Assembly: GCA_977016875.1 (NCBI GenBank)
Contig: CDRNST010000053.1
Span: 1,054,001 to 1,118,000, forward strand
DNA: 64,000 nt
Reading direction: 5' to 3'
Source: Pavona decussata
Taxonomy: Eukaryota
The notes beneath the pieces are model-generated. The model was not told the origin of the DNA, did not search any database, and saw only the letters and a program-made list of their open reading frames with translations. Within the stretch, counting starts at the first letter, position 1, and every line of letters starts with the position of its first letter. This document shows, piece after piece, positions 11,295 to 24,679 of this stretch. Both the position numbers and the translations under genes were made by a program.

Positions 11295-12346
11295 TGATTT
11301 ATTCACGTTCTATTTTAAGTTTCGCTTGGCTCACAGGTTACGCTACGCGCCCTGTGGTGCTTTCTTTTACTGTGCATACGGATAGTTTTACTGCGCATAA
11401 TAAATAGTCCTATTGACGTGGATTTCCACTGAAGCGTAAATTTTACGTTCGTACCGGCGTATATTTGACTGGCTTTAGGTCCATAAAAAAAGACGCTGTG
11501 TGAGCCGACAGTGCACAACGTAACCTCCAAAAGGGCAGGAGCGAATCAACCCCTGCCGTTATTAATTTTCCTGAGAACAACCTCCTCTCCCCAACCCAAT
11601 CTCGGTCCCAGGGTCCTCTCTCTGGACCCTTAGGGAACGAGGTTGTCTCCAGCCTTGGACTGAACAATCACAAGTTAACTTCCGTCTTCCTTGTGGGACG
11701 GTTATTTTATATTTGCAACAATAATGTAAGAAGTATAGCAGGCAACAGTGAATAGTAAACTTGTCGTTCGTATTTTGACTCGCCCTGTCCTGTCATCTCG
11801 TAAAAATATACAGCGATACTATGCACCCAAACATCCAATAAGAGTGAAAAATTGATGCTACATAAGCAAGTTGGTCTGCGCACGCTCATCAACTCTCACG
11901 TGATATTCAAGGAACTTATGATCTATGATCTAACTCTAGTGTTACCTTAAGTTACTCTTTACAGCTAGTGTTGAAATTTCTTTTTTCTTTTTCCCCGCCT
12001 CGATTACTTAACTACATACGGGTGGAGGAATTTGCATTAATTTATTTGCTTCTGATATGATAAAGTTTTGTTGTTGTTGTTGTTGTTGTTGATCTAATTG
12101 ATAACTATCTAGTATTTAGTTATATGAACAAATTTTAACTGCCTTTAAAACATATCGCGTAGAAACGAATTTAGGCCTCGTCGCAAGTTGCTCGGCGACT
12201 TTTTGCTTTTTGGATTTTTCGCAACTTGAACCAACTTTCGCATTCGATAGCACTATATATATATTTTAGCAATATTTGAGTTAGAAATAAAAGGTATAAT
12301 GACAGTATACATAGAGCATTCCACGGGAAAAATATCACAATGATGA

Positions 12347-12850
12347 TAACAACAACAACAACAACAACAACTTTATTTTTTTCACATTTCCATTGATACA
12401 TATATGAATATTTAGTTAATTTAAAGTTTTAAAAACATTAATACGGATAACTAAACATAAATATCTAATGTGGAAACGCGTAGCGCCTAAGTAAACCATA
12501 TAGTTTTCTAAGCTAGACACTAGTCTTGTAAAGAAGCATTTTAAATGTAAACATCTATATACATATTCAACACACACTCACAGACGACACACGCACTGCT
12601 CATACACTGACTGTTACAATATATAAATTAGAGGAATTTGGCTAGCTAGGTCATTATTTTTGCTTCGATAGTAGATACTGTTTAGCTTTTCTAGGTAAGT
12701 TTGAAATACTGAGATCTTTGAGATCTTGAGGAAGTTTTTGCCAGTGATCGACTGCTAGTGCTGGTAATGTTGTTTTTTTGCAATATTAGTCGAGAAACGT
12801 GCTTTACAGAAGTTAGTTTTTGAAGCATATCTAAGTATTATAAGTATTAT
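12347..12850 (-). mobile_element. 5'-truncated LINE 3' end with AATAAA and (GTT)n tail
   Basis: Minus reading ..LRYASKTNFCKARF..WQKLPQDLK..KQYLL resembles CR1/L2 ORF2 end; AATAAA followed by microsatellite tail. Confidence 0.5.
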
Positions 12851-13173
12851 AACAGTTTTAAGACAACGGAGAGAAAGGGTCCTGGTTGAACGAGGTTGAA
12901 AGAGACATTGAAAAGGGTAGGTCAGCGGTTTCCAAGAACATGAAGCAAAATGGCAAACGGTAGTGACGAATCAACTGATTCCAACTGTTACTAATATCCT
13001 ATACTACCAAGTAACGATAGGGTGACTCTAGGGCGACCTTTGGGTAATTTTTCTAAATTATAACGTAACTTTTGGGGAACAATGGCAACTAATGGCAACG
13101 ACATTTTTGAGCAAGTTTTGAGAAAGATTTGAGCAACTTGTGGCTCGGCCCTAGAAAAGATCACCGTATTGTA

Positions 13174-13827
13174 TTAGCGTATCCAAAGGTTTAATGCATA
13201 GGCATCAGCTGGCAAGTTGAACCCTTCGTTTCCATAGTCGTATTCTCTTCTGCCTGCCCCAGCAATTAAGGAAGCCGCTTTCGACGATGTTACTCCAATT
13301 CCGTGATCCGCACGGATGCACCTTTGGCCTCCTCCACCAATCATCATTACAGAGCCACTCCAGCCAACAACGCACCAAAAACCGATCTTATTGGCGCCTT
13401 GAATTTCACCATTACAATTTGCTTGTGCAAAACCATTAGTTGTATTGTACTGTCCGCCGTAAGTAACGTTGCAGTCACCCCAGCACCCATCCACGCCACC
13501 ATTCCAAGATCTGCCGTTCCTGAAGTCGCCATAGCTTGTGATTTTGGATCTGAATGTCTGTCCACCCAGACAGTCACCTTTGGTCTGCAACAGAGTGGTA
13601 TGCTGTGGGTCATCACTGCGCGTGATCTTCAACTCGTTGCCGCTGAACAGCCAAAATGCTGGCGAGATCATGTCAGAGTTGATTGAAGGATCACTTGTTT
13701 CTCTAACAGCAACCATCTTGTCATACCACCATTCACCGCTGTCCTCCATCCAGTTTTTGCCATCTGCGTTTGAGAACCGAGCGATAAAGGTCCAGACTTG
13801 ACCACTCGACTCCATATGGCAATATGT
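13174..13827 (-). CDS. Gene 1 terminal exon: fibrinogen-related/intelectin-like domain
   Basis: Acceptor tttgcttcag, phase 0; TYCHM..WTFIARFSN..DMISPAFW..MIGGGG..DHGIG..LNLWIR*; 654 nt; three paralogous exons in the window. Confidence 0.88.
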   Translation of the reverse strand, partial: TYCHMESSGQVWTFIARFSNADGKNWMEDSGEWWYDKMVAVRETSDPSINSDMISPAFWLFSGNELKITRSDDPQHTTLLQTKGDCLGGQTFRSKITSYGDFRNGRSWNGGVDGCWGDCNVTYGGQYNTTNGFAQANCNGEIQGANKIGFWCVVGWSGSVMMIGGGGQRCIRADHGIGVTSSKAASLIAGAGRREYDYGNEGFNLPADAYALNLWIR

Positions 13828-14510
13828 CTGAAGCAAACAAACAAAACAGTTATCATGGCTACGAAAACAGTACAATGCTGCACCAGGAGTAATGGGCTCC
13901 TGGCTGCACCTAGAAATAGCCGTAGCTGTTTAAAAGACTTTGTGGTTAGTACTATTACTCGTAATAATTTTAGAAAGGTCTCCTGTGTTAATTTTCCAGA
14001 TCATTTTGTGCCACAGTGATCATTTCGTTTCATTTTGTTTGCTTTCTCAGAAATCCATGCCAAATACGTCCTCTCTAGTGCAGTGCCATCAACTCAATAG
14101 AATTTGGGGTCATTGATTCAATGGAGTCCAAGAAACACACCATAGAGGTATTGCTCAAGTTGAGATGTTACACTTCTCTCTTCTTACGCTCTTGGCTCTT
14201 CCAGAGTGCCTCAGCAATGCGTCTGCTGCTGCCTTGGTGAAAAGAAGGCGCCAGAAGGTGCGATCCAGGGACTCGGTTGCATAAAACGCCCACTTAACTG
14301 CTCACTGAAGTGTTAAAGATCTGGATAGATAGCTTGAGCTAATTAAGGTGTATACGCAAGAAAGTTAACAGGTCTTATAGTCTGCGTAAGTGGACAGGAG
14401 CCTGCAAGGATGTAACTGTAGGAAGGGCGGCCGTTTTTAACGCCTGCAGAGTGGGATCCATCTCCTCATTGCTAGGCAGTAGGTTCCATGTCCTTATGGT
14501 TCTTGGGAAA

Positions 14511-15388
14511 CAGGCGCGTAGCTAAGGTTTTAATAGGGGTGTCCGTTGAGCCCCAAATTTTGCTGAGCGCCGGAGGCGCTCTTACCAGGGGGGGGGGGGG
14601 GGGGGTCCGGGGGCATGCTACCCCGGAAAGTTTTGAAAATCTAGGTTCCCAGAAACCTCATTTCCTGCATTTTGAGACCCATTTTAAGCAAATCACAACT
14701 TTGTTTTACACAGCTTTTTAAGCTATATACGTTATTTCGACGGCATAATTGTTTCAACTTAAACAAGAAAGTTCAATGTACATTCCGCGCCCTGTCAAGT
14801 TCTGATAGCTATTCGTTCTGCCGATAGTCATGCACCAGGCTGGTAAACTGCATCATTCTCGGGTATAGTCCTTCGAACAAATTGACTATCTCGTCAAGAT
14901 TGACCGGCATATCATATTTGATATGCATTAGAGCCAGGGCGGACAGCCTACTCTCTCCCATAGTACACCTCATGTAGTTGTTCAACCTCCTCATTGTGCT
15001 TATGGAACGTTCACATTCACAAGTGGTGACTGGAAGGGTGGCAGCAATTTTCAGGAGCATGTACAGGTTGGGGAAGTCGTCGGGATCACATGCTTTTAGT
15101 GACGAAGCAGACGAATCAGCAACAATTCGTCCGTCCTGAACCATAATTTTCCACCTCTGGAATTCGTACGAAAAGAGTTGCGGAGAGGGTAGGTCATCTT
15201 GATAGAGATCCACCAAATCAGTAAGCTGCTGAACATTGACCTGGGGTTTTTTCTCGGGTTTATATCTATTTTTCTTTGGTTGATTTATTTCGACCACGGA
15301 AACTTTATTTAAAAGTTTTTCTTCCGCCATTATTTATCTTCAAAGGGGGTTCGTTCGAACCCCTCGAACCCCCCCTCCTACGCGCCTG
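14511..15388 (-). mobile_element. Internally deleted hAT DNA transposon with 5-bp TSD (hAT5-like)
   Basis: TIRs CAGGCGCGTAG...CTACGCGCCTG; GGAAA at 14506-14510 and 15389-15393; carries hATC-domain ORF. Confidence 0.85.
14809..15330 (-). CDS. Truncated hAT transposase: ~29-aa N-terminus fused in frame to the C-terminal dimerization (hATC) domain
   Basis: FPNLYMLLKIAATLPVTTCECERSISTMRRL..RCTMGESRLSALALMHI is the hATC / P52rIPK-type signature. Confidence 0.75.
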   Translation of the reverse strand: MAEEKLLNKVSVVEINQPKKNRYKPEKKPQVNVQQLTDLVDLYQDDLPSPQLFSYEFQRWKIMVQDGRIVADSSASSLKACDPDDFPNLYMLLKIAATLPVTTCECERSISTMRRLNNYMRCTMGESRLSALALMHIKYDMPVNLDEIVNLFEGLYPRMMQFTSLVHDYRQNE

Positions 15389-15747
15389 GGAAAATAGACC
15401 TGCCATAGGCCTTAACGATGGACGGAAGTTGGTACTATTTGCAAACACTGTGTCTGATGCTCCTAAGGTTAAGAAATACAGTTGGGGGAAACCAATTTAA
15501 TCAAATTATTACAGATTTTATAGAAGAGAACAACTTGCTGTTATAAACGACGGTGTTCTAGCGTGACCTAACCGAGACAACGAAGTAACTTTGTAGTGCT
15601 GGTGGTGCGCCTGTAGTCGGAGGTGACGACTCTGGCTGCGTTCTTCTGTACTTTTTTTTTTTTTTTTTATTATCAACTATAGAATACTAAACTCTACTTA
15701 CAATACTAACCATACCAACTTAAGATACTAACCTAAATTACAAAAAA

Positions 15748-15749
<2 letters not shown>

Positions 15750-15815
<66 letters not shown>
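15750..15815. repeat. (TAA)n microsatellite
   Basis: Direct reading. Confidence 0.95.
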
Positions 15816-15816
<1 letters not shown>

Positions 15817-16325
15817 GTTACAATATTAAATTAAATGCTACTACTGACAAGCGTTCTTCTGTACTTGTTCAATTAGGCCAACGTCAGCACTTGTATGGGG
15901 GCTAAGGACAGGTGGCGTATATTCAAGCAAAGGCCTAATCACGTATCGTTCTCGCAAATGACAACTTATGGCTCTTCTTACGTGATTTCACGAAAAGAAA
16001 ACGTTAATTAATCTGCACACTCCTTCAAAACTCTCCCGTCATGTTGCCACATTGGTCAGGTTAACCAGTGGAATAATGCAAGTTATGTTCAGTCTCAATT
16101 GTGTGTTAAAAATCCAGGACAAAAAGGTATCACACAAGAATTTGTTTATAAATGTTAACAAAACTGAACCATTGTTTTAATGTTTCCCTCGATGCAAATA
16201 TGTTTTTTGGCCATTCAAAGTAACACTAGAAATAGGTGACATTGCCCTTTAAAAAAGGACCAGGAGAAGACGATAAATTCCACATACATGCTTTATTACA
16301 TGGATCTTATACTAATAGCTCTCAC

Positions 16326-16417
16326 CAGAAACTTGAAGCCAGTTTGAATGAGCCAGTAGGCTCCGCTCACCGCCTGTTCGCCAACAATCTTCTTTATCGC
16401 CAAACACGATTCTCCAG
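16326..16417 (-). CDS. Gene 1 linker exon (start of the fibrinogen-related domain)
   Basis: AG/GT bounded, phase 1-0, 92 nt; (A)GESCLAIKKIVGEQAVSGAYWLIQTGFKFL contains the SC..SGxYW motif. Confidence 0.85.
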
Positions 16418-17088
16418 CTGCATGAGAAAATAAAAACATGTTATTTAAATGGTTCCACCTTTGCGTTCAATCTATAGACTGAGAGGTTCATAGAGACCGT
16501 TTACAGCATAAGAAGTACTGCTCAATAGCTTTCGTTTAAATGATTTAAGAACGGTGGCTCCCCTTGTTATTGCGCATACGTTCTGCGCATCTTGGGATGG
16601 TCTGAGAAAGTCGGGTCTCTTAAGGAAGGCACCTACTACTACAAAAATTTTTTGCGCGGTTTATGACTACTGTACGAAGCAGGGGAATTTGGAATTCAAA
16701 AAGAAAATTGGGGTAACCGTTCTTTTCCGGAGGTAATTGAGCTTCAATTTGGACAGAAAGTCCCTTACATTGTTCTATATTTTAAAGCTTTTTTAGAATT
16801 TATGTTGCTTGTTTATCTCTAAAAAATGCCCGGCTACCCCTAATCAGTCTTTTTGGAGTCCTTGCTAAGATCTGCTTCTCTGAAAGGTCAAAAGCTTTGC
16901 CAAATACCTCCCGTATCAGGAGGCACCATCCCGTCCCGTAATCGCAGACCGATGAAGAATGGCCTTGCACATGATTGCAAAATAAGAAACCCCACAGAAA
17001 GGTCCTGCTCAGTTGAGTTTTCATGTTTTGGGTGATCAGACCCTTAGGGTAAAAAATGCCAAGGACGATAACTTCGAAAATTATTTAC

Positions 17089-17208
17089 CTGTGCAATTTC
17101 TTCCGTCCCCATAATATCCATCCTTACAAGAGCAATTGTACGATCCTTCGGTGTTGGTACAATCAGCATTGATGTGACATTCGTGCTCCATAGAACACTC
17201 GTCAGTGT
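17089..17208 (-). CDS. Gene 1 calcium-binding EGF exon
   Basis: Phase 1-1, 120 nt; (D)TDECSMEHECHINADCTNTEGSYNCSCKDGYYGDGRNCT. Confidence 0.9.
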
Positions 17209-17211
<3 letters not shown>

Positions 17212-17271
<60 letters not shown>

Positions 17272-17295
17272 TATTATTATTATTAATTATTATTA
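17212..17295. repeat. (AAT)n followed by (ATT)n microsatellite at the cbEGF splice acceptor
   Basis: Direct reading. Confidence 0.9.
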
Positions 17296-17477
17296 TGACA
17301 TTTGTATTTTCTCTTGAAAAGTTTGTGCTTCGAAAATTAGTCTCGAAATCGGAATGAATTGTAAATAGGTTTTAATAGTTCTTTTCTCAACTTTTAACTT
17401 GTAAATAACAATTTCAGCTGCTTGGTATATGTTAATAAAGATTATATTATTAAAAAAAAAAAATAATAATAATAATA

Positions 17478-17512
<35 letters not shown>

Positions 17513-17924
17513 AAACTAAAAACACCAAATGTTTTTGAAACATATAGCATCACAAATAAGAGTAAAATGACAAAGTACCTTTCCGACTTTGCTGATTTTC
17601 AGCTTTTGGTTGTAAAGATTTAAGCTGATTTAGATAAAAATAACTTGTACCATCACCATCACTAACACAATCCACCGTCGCCGACATTGCCGACACCTTA
17701 CCTGATTGCCGGTCATTACCAATGCCATTGCCAAAAACAAGCTGTGGTGCGCATCACATCGGACTGACACACACTGAGGATCATCTGAAGATCTCGCATA
17801 ATTTTGATGTTCGATTGTCATTATTTATTCATCTTCCGATAACAAACGAAGCTTCATTGCCTAACAGTAAGATCTTCGAAAACTTCCCTTCAGGTGAGGG
17901 GTCATTAACACGTTATCATTTATA

Positions 17925-18399
17925 CCTTATTGATACTTAATTTTGCGATTTTGGCGAGACAGTATTTTGCGGGGTTTTATTCTCGCGATTTCAATAGGCA
18001 AATATGAAAGAAGGGGATTAAATTTCCCGATTCAAGCGTTCTCAACTTCATTTTATTTTTTTAAAAGTCTGAACTTTTTAAAGTTGCTTGATAAACTGAA
18101 ACAAGCAAAACTCATGTTTAAAAATTAACTTTTAAGTTAAATTGGAACAAGCAAAATGCATATTTGAAAATTAACTTTTTATTTTATCAGTTAAAATGTG
18201 GATACGCATTGTCTCGGTCCGTAGTTTGCGGTAATGTTATTGTTATTGCATGTTAATCATTTTTTCTGTGATTTGAATTTTCTATATGGGTATTAAATTT
18301 CTCAAGAATTTTTTATTCGCGGGTCTTTAGTTTCGCGATTTTTTAACAATCGCAAAAAAATGCGAAATTAAAGACACGCGAAATTAAGTACCCATAAGG
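17925..18399. mobile_element. MITE with TA flanks (Tc1/mariner-like)
   Basis: ta|ccttattgatacttaattttgcg ... cgcgaaattaagtacccataagg|ta. Confidence 0.65.
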
Positions 18400-18448
18400 T
18401 ATATAAAAAACTATTTTTTCTACTGACTAATAATGAGCATCAAATTAC

Positions 18449-18563
18449 CATTCTCACAATGGTCACCGTCGAATCCAGGGGGGCACAGACATCGATAGCC
18501 TTTGCTGGTAAATCCTGCCTGACAAGTTGCGTTTCTCTGGCAAGGAAGCTTTCCACAAGGGTT
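18449..18563 (-). CDS. Gene 1 EGF-like exon
   Basis: Phase 0-1, 115 nt; NPCGKLPCQRNATCQAGFTSKGYRCLCPPGFDGDHCEN. Confidence 0.9.
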
Positions 18564-18813
18564 CTTAAACAAGATAAACCGATGTAAAAATTAATAAACT
18601 CCTATCAAGGTGAAATTTTCAGACAGGCCACCGTTTCATTGGAAGATCCAGAAAACAGTGTAATATGCTCTCCTCCCTCCAGATCTCTCACTGCGACATT
18701 GGAGGTTGACTGCATCTATCATGCAGTTATCTCAGGATGGGCCTCGGATTTCTCTGAACTAAAATTACAAGAAATATATGCCAAACTTTATTGAGAATTT
18801 AGGATTCACTCAC

Positions 18814-19076
18814 CTTTGTTCCACGGTAAATATAATTATTCCATGGCTTCAAGTCGTCCGGATGTTCGTAATGAGTTGCGTTATTCAGTTCACATTTCGT
18901 GGCTGTATCTGATCCACTTGGCATTTCCACATTGAAACTGACGCAATTATGTTCCATGAAGCATAGCGCTCCGCAGAAGTCCCCTTGGACGTGTTGGATG
19001 GTGCGGATCACGTGATTGACCAGTCGCTTTCCCTCAAAAGCCCTAGCAGGTTTGAAGTCCAAATGGCGACACAAAT
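18814..19076 (-). CDS. Gene 1 PAN/apple-like exon
   Basis: Acceptor ttctccgtag, donor gtgagt, phase 1-0; LCRHLDF..RLVNHVIRTI..CGALCFMEHNCVSFN..CELNNATH. Confidence 0.88.
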
Positions 19077-22000
19077 CTACGGAGAAAAAAGAGAGAGATC
19101 GTCTTTATCGGTACTGGTACCATTTTTCAAAAAACTCATTAATAATTCATCAGTCCATTGACCTATCAAATTGTCGATAAAACATCAAGTGCAGTGGTTT
19201 TAAAACCCGATAAAACCTCCTCCTTATCGGTATGCGGTGTTTAATGTTTTCTCAAATGCTAATTTTCAACGTTCACAAAAGCATTATTGTTATGAACTCT
19301 CTTGACACACGCTTTTCCAGGAATGTTTTGAAGCCGTTCAAAACACTCGCAGTGTCTAAAACCACGAGGCGCACTCGTGGTTTTAAATCCCGTTAAAACA
19401 CTGCTGCTCGTGTTTTAAACATTACATAATTTTCCCTTTGCAGCTAACGGTCACATGGCACGGATTTATTTTAACGGTTTTTTTTTTATTTTTACTTTTT
19501 CCCGCATCACCTAACATGTTTTACCCAATCGCAACTTAGCGAAAACATTTAAAGCGTTATTAGGAGCAATGTTTTGGTGTTATGCCAACGTTGCCTTCAA
19601 TTACCTTGAATAAGATCAGACTCGATTCAATTACATTTTTTAGCAGTGATTTCCTGTGGTGCTGTTTTTAAATACTTTCGAGCAAATCAAAATAATGCTT
19701 TGGTGCTATGCTGTTTTGGTGTTAGGCCAACGTTACCTACAACTACGTTGAATAAGATCAGACTCGATTCAATTAAAATTTTTTAGCAGGTATTTCCTGT
19801 CGTGCTGTTTTTAAATATTTTCGAGCAAATCAAAACAATGCTTCCAATTTCAGTGATTTCTTTGAAAGTCATCCATAACTAAAAAAGTAGACCAAAAGAT
19901 CTCAAGCGTGAACCTTTAATCTATGAATATACGGTTTATCGAAATGTAACGGTCAGGAACTGAACTGAGGTTGTATCGACATACCATATAAGAATCATTT
20001 TCGTATTTTCCGTTCGTTGTCATAACAGACTTAATTGTTATGCTTATAATCAAGGCAGCAATTTAGCGGCGATTTTAATCGCAATGACTTCAAATCACCT
20101 GTTTGCACATTCTGCTCAATCACTGCGCAGCAGTAACCCAAACCATAATTACATCGTCACAATATGGCCTCAGGATATTTCATCCAAAAATGGCCCGTTA
20201 CTCTGCACAAGCCAGTTGAAATTAACTAAAAATCCCGGCATGCCGCGAATCAGAATGCCAGAGGTTTTCAAAAAGAAGGTTGCAACAATTTACGTAAACA
20301 CAGACTTCAGAAGAAGCCAAGAGAAAGAAATGTTTTCCTGGTCGCTTTCAATCGTTTAAGTATAAACAGCGAAAACAAATTGAATAATAACACTCGGTTT
20401 TTTTTCGAAGAAAAAAAAAAAAAAAAGGAACAACGTCAAAGTAATCCGTTAAGTGTTTTCAGATTAAAAAACGATAGAAACCGCATACACTTTCGTTATG
20501 GATGGGCCAAATGGCTGAACTGAGACAACGGATGAATAATGAGGATTATAAGACATTGTCCCAGTTTTAATTGATATATCATCTTGTGGTGGGTTATTGA
20601 AAATTTACTGACAGTTGTTTGCTTGCTAAAGAAATAATTAAAAATAATTACATATTCTCTATCAGCCTAGTTCTTTTATCCTTCTTATCTTCCTGAATTC
20701 CTTTCTCTCGCCACCGTTTAAGCTTAAAACCAATGTTTCAGTTTTGTACGGGCTGTTGGCAAAGAATTTCCCGAAAACTTTACATTTTACTTACCTAGCA
20801 TTCACAATTAATTTGCCGTTTGGGCAAACTCATATAATTAAAAAAAAAAGGTGCGAAGTAACTTAACGGACTTGGGTAGCATTTATTAAAACTAAAGAAG
20901 GCATTTTGGGCTCAGGAGTGGAACCATTGTCTTTGCAAGTGGCAGCAGATTTTGGTGTGAAGTCAGTAAGTCACATTGTATCGTTTAAAATGTGAAGAAT
21001 TTTAGAAAATCAATTAGTACTGGTTGAATGCTTGTTTTTCGGTCCCGAAATGATTTAAATATGTTACAAAACACACCCCCGCTCCGATAACAACTAAAAC
21101 GTAACTTTTATGCGACGATTGCTTACAAAACTTGCTGGATTTTCTCAACCCATTTCTTTTCAGGATACATAAAGCATATGCCATTTTACTATGTTGATGT
21201 CTAGATTCCTGTGCGTTTTTGGAGCATGTGTTTAAGGATACTTGTGTAAACAACAGGCTATGACTGAAAAACGACTGAATTTGCATTTAACAACACTCGG
21301 TATCTGATCCATGAAAGAATTAAATAAAGTGAGTACTAAGAGTCATTCATCCTTCGGTTTCACTTCCTTTCTGTTTTAAGGTGGACAAAATTGTAATGGA
21401 AACTTTTTTTAATCCTTTGACTGGGAATGTATGAAGAAATCTCTAATTTTCGTTTTTCATCGATTAAATATTTATCCGCTTTTAGATCAGGTTGTATACA
21501 TAACGACAGCCTTTAAAAGCCATAACATTTTAAAATTAGTTTCTTAGAACCTAAAGATAATTTCAAAAAATTTTCTTCTTGAAGAAGGATTTAGGCATTG
21601 TTGAAAAAAGTTAGAAAAACCGGAAATAAAAGTATGTAACTGACAAACAATTTTTTTCAGACAATAGCTAAAATTTTTCCTAGATCTTGAATCACCGTCA
21701 AATAATTGTGTTTACATGGCTTTGAAAGCGATCTAGAATGGTTCAAGTTTTAGCTCATCGAGTTAAAAGGTCACTCTTGCTCTTCATGAAACGTGTCAAA
21801 CGTTTATTGACCTGGCATAGGGGCTTTGCCGGCTTAAGCCTGGGCGAGAAAGCAAAACGGGATGTCCCAGCGCTCGATTCTCGTCGAAAAATATTCATTG
21901 CCTGTCTTCACAACCGATGATCAGCTGTAGAAACCACGGGGAATATCAAAAAGCCTCACGCTTTGTCAACCGATTGTCGCGTGATTTTCTAGTTAACTTT

Positions 22001-23744
22001 GTTGTCCATGACAGCGCAAGAGCTGTAATTTATTTTAGTTGGGCAGGCACTGTGATTTTTGAACTTCAAATACTTGCGCGCGTCTGCCAAAACAACTTAC
22101 AAGTAGCGTTTCTTCGGATTTCACATCTTATTAACTTGACATTGATTTATAGTTTTCTATGGTTCGTTTAAAAACAAAGCGCGCGCTCAGTAGGGAAGAT
22201 TTCCAAAACCAACAACACCTCAGGAAAGTCCTTATGAATAGCTTTGCATCATAATTTGAATTGTTACGCTTGAGGATTAGTAGGTATAACTAAAAGGCAT
22301 AATTCATCAGTCAGCACATCAAGACTGAAAAACCACTCCATAGATCTGAATTACAATAGTCGAGTATCATCTCAATGTTTGGTCACGGTTGATCAAAGAG
22401 CGGACAACTCTATCCAGTAGATAAATCGCTATCCAGCGGATTAAACATACTCCAACCTATATATTTTATCCGCTCTTTGAACAACTGGGGCCAGAAATCA
22501 AAGAAATGGGCCAAAAACAGTGATTTCCTATAATAAATTTGATAAACTAAACGTTTTGCAAACTCGCAGTGATTTGTATTTCCTTTTTTTATATGCCTTT
22601 TATTTGGCAGATAAAAGTTTCTCTAGTGCGATCACCCGGCTCGTAACGTATCAAGTAAAGAAGAAATATATTGGCAAAAAAAAAAAAAAAAAAAAAAATT
22701 GTTGTACTCACCTTCCACCACGCAACTTACACTTGGTACAAAATAAGAAAGTAAGCCAAGGAAAATCCCGTAGACAGCCAACTTCATATTAAAAGCCGCT
22801 GAATTTGAAAGAAAATATTTAATTCTAAGCACGTTTTGAAGGAGCGTTTTACGCGCGCAGCGCTTAACTGTGCGATTAAACGTCAGCATTCAACAGAACT
22901 TCTGCTTTCCTCACGTCATCTTTGAATGCATACATGATTCTGCAGTCCACAAGTTTCTGTTTAAGGTACGTTATAGGTCAATTATTTTGATCTAGTTACT
23001 TCGCTGAAAACCATTAAGGCCAGCATGCTTTGTCATGTATTAGTAATGACATTCTGTTGTTGTAGTGGTCTGCAGGAATAGGCTTTAGACATGAAATAGG
23101 AGCTACAACCATAAACCACCTGCCTTCATGCCCATTCGATTCCAGGGCCTCTCGCTCTTGGCTTCGCAAACATTAGTCATGCGCAATACGGATAACAGCT
23201 GTGGACCTCGAGAAGGGGTAAATTTTGTAAGGTTATTTGGCAAAAATCCTGTCAGAGAGAAGGTGTAACGGAAGACAGTTTTAGAAAACGCCATTTTGTT
23301 TACATGCATTCTGATTAGTTCAGATGACGTATTTTTTTAATCCACAGAAACACGATAATTTTTCGCAATGGGGTTTTCTAGAAAAAAAAAAGGAAACATT
23401 TCTCATGTTTTTATAGATTAAATAAATTTAGGCAATTTTTCTTTTCCAAACATGCTTTTTACATCTTGGCATTTGCGTGGTTTTGAAGTTGAGATGGATT
23501 TTGGATAAAAAAAGGCTAACAATAAATATTTTACAAAATTGAATAAGACTGAAGATTAATAAACAAAATCAACATATACCAAACCAGCGAATAGTTTTAT
23601 TTTTTGTGTGATCGACTCAGACTACATGTATACCTGTGGTGTTGCCTTAGTTTCGTTCGCAAATGATTTTGAAACAAACATGCTTAAGACAGCTGTTTTG
23701 TATTAATTGAGGAATAATCTTCCCCCTCATTTTGATTTAATTAT

Positions 23745-23897
23745 ACCCTACTAGCAGAGGTTTCTTTCTGGCAAGTCTTCTAGCATCTACGAAGTCGTTC
23801 GCGTCTCTAGTATTTCGCGTCGTAGGCTTTTTTACAAGCTTCTTGGACTTCGTACATGCTGAAAGACTTGGCAGAAAGAAACCTCTGCTAGCAGGTT
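23745..23897. mobile_element. Short palindromic MITE
   Basis: ctagcagaggtttctttctg..agtctt..agcat..acgaagtc versus gacttcgt..atgct..aagact..cagaaagaaacctctgctag. Confidence 0.65.
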
Positions 23898-24679
23898 AGT
23901 ATAACTGCTCATTGGGCCTTCTGTGACTGAGTATTTAAGATTTTAAAAGGCTAGATGAAGCAGTGGGATTGTGCATGGGGGATAACAAAATCTCTCTAAA
24001 TTACATTGTTTTTCATTGTAAGTAATGGGAAACAGCGCTCGAGAAATAGCTGGTAGCGCTAACATGAACAAATTAAATAATTAGATGGTTTGGGGGAGGG
24101 GGGGAGGTGGGCATGCATTGGGTGTGATAATTAACGATTTAACTTTTTACTTGATGGGCATGAATGAAGTTGTTTGTTCTTTGTCCTCTCGACCAACCAT
24201 GTAAGACGTTGCAAACGGTGCAGATCACCATCGATTATGAAAAAATGATCGGAGGAAGCTGGGATACACCAAAGCCGTTTCGTTCAAAAGGCATGTTTTC
24301 TCTTAGTAGTCACGGAATGTGGAGTGATACCTACCTTAACAAAAAATAAGACTTACGAAGAGCCCGTATTACGAAAGTATTTATTTGTCGACTATTTTCT
24401 GTAAATGTTGTCTAAGAATCGGTTTCATATTCGTTCGCCTAAGGCATTGAGAGCAATAATAGCGCAGTTAAAAGGCTTCAGGGGAGGAGGGGATCGCCTG
24501 GATATTTCGTAATCAAGGTTAAATAAGCTTTTTCAGTAAGAAAATTTGCGTATAAATATTCATTTTAGGAAAACAAAACCTGCCAAAAGGGTTTAAAATA
24601 AAAAGCGTAATAAAACTATAAATGCAAAAATCTATTTTACCTGTCTGCGAACCTTTAGAAGCAAAAGTGATCTCTCTGG

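Noticed and set aside
13303-13801. Overlapping ORFs repeated in all four terminal exons (e.g. MMTHSIPLCCRP..)
   Set aside because: Recurrence follows from paralogy of the main frame; no separate coding evidence
20795-20882. Candidate first (signal-peptide) exon for gene 1: ATG..MLPKSVKLLRTFFF with a strong gtaagt donor and phase-1 length
   Set aside because: In-frame stops follow the T-run in every frame; at best a decayed exon
23633-23730. Second candidate first exon (MRGKIIPQL / TAVLSMFVSKSFA..)
   Set aside because: Needs a frameshift, and the donor phase does not match the phase-1 PAN exon
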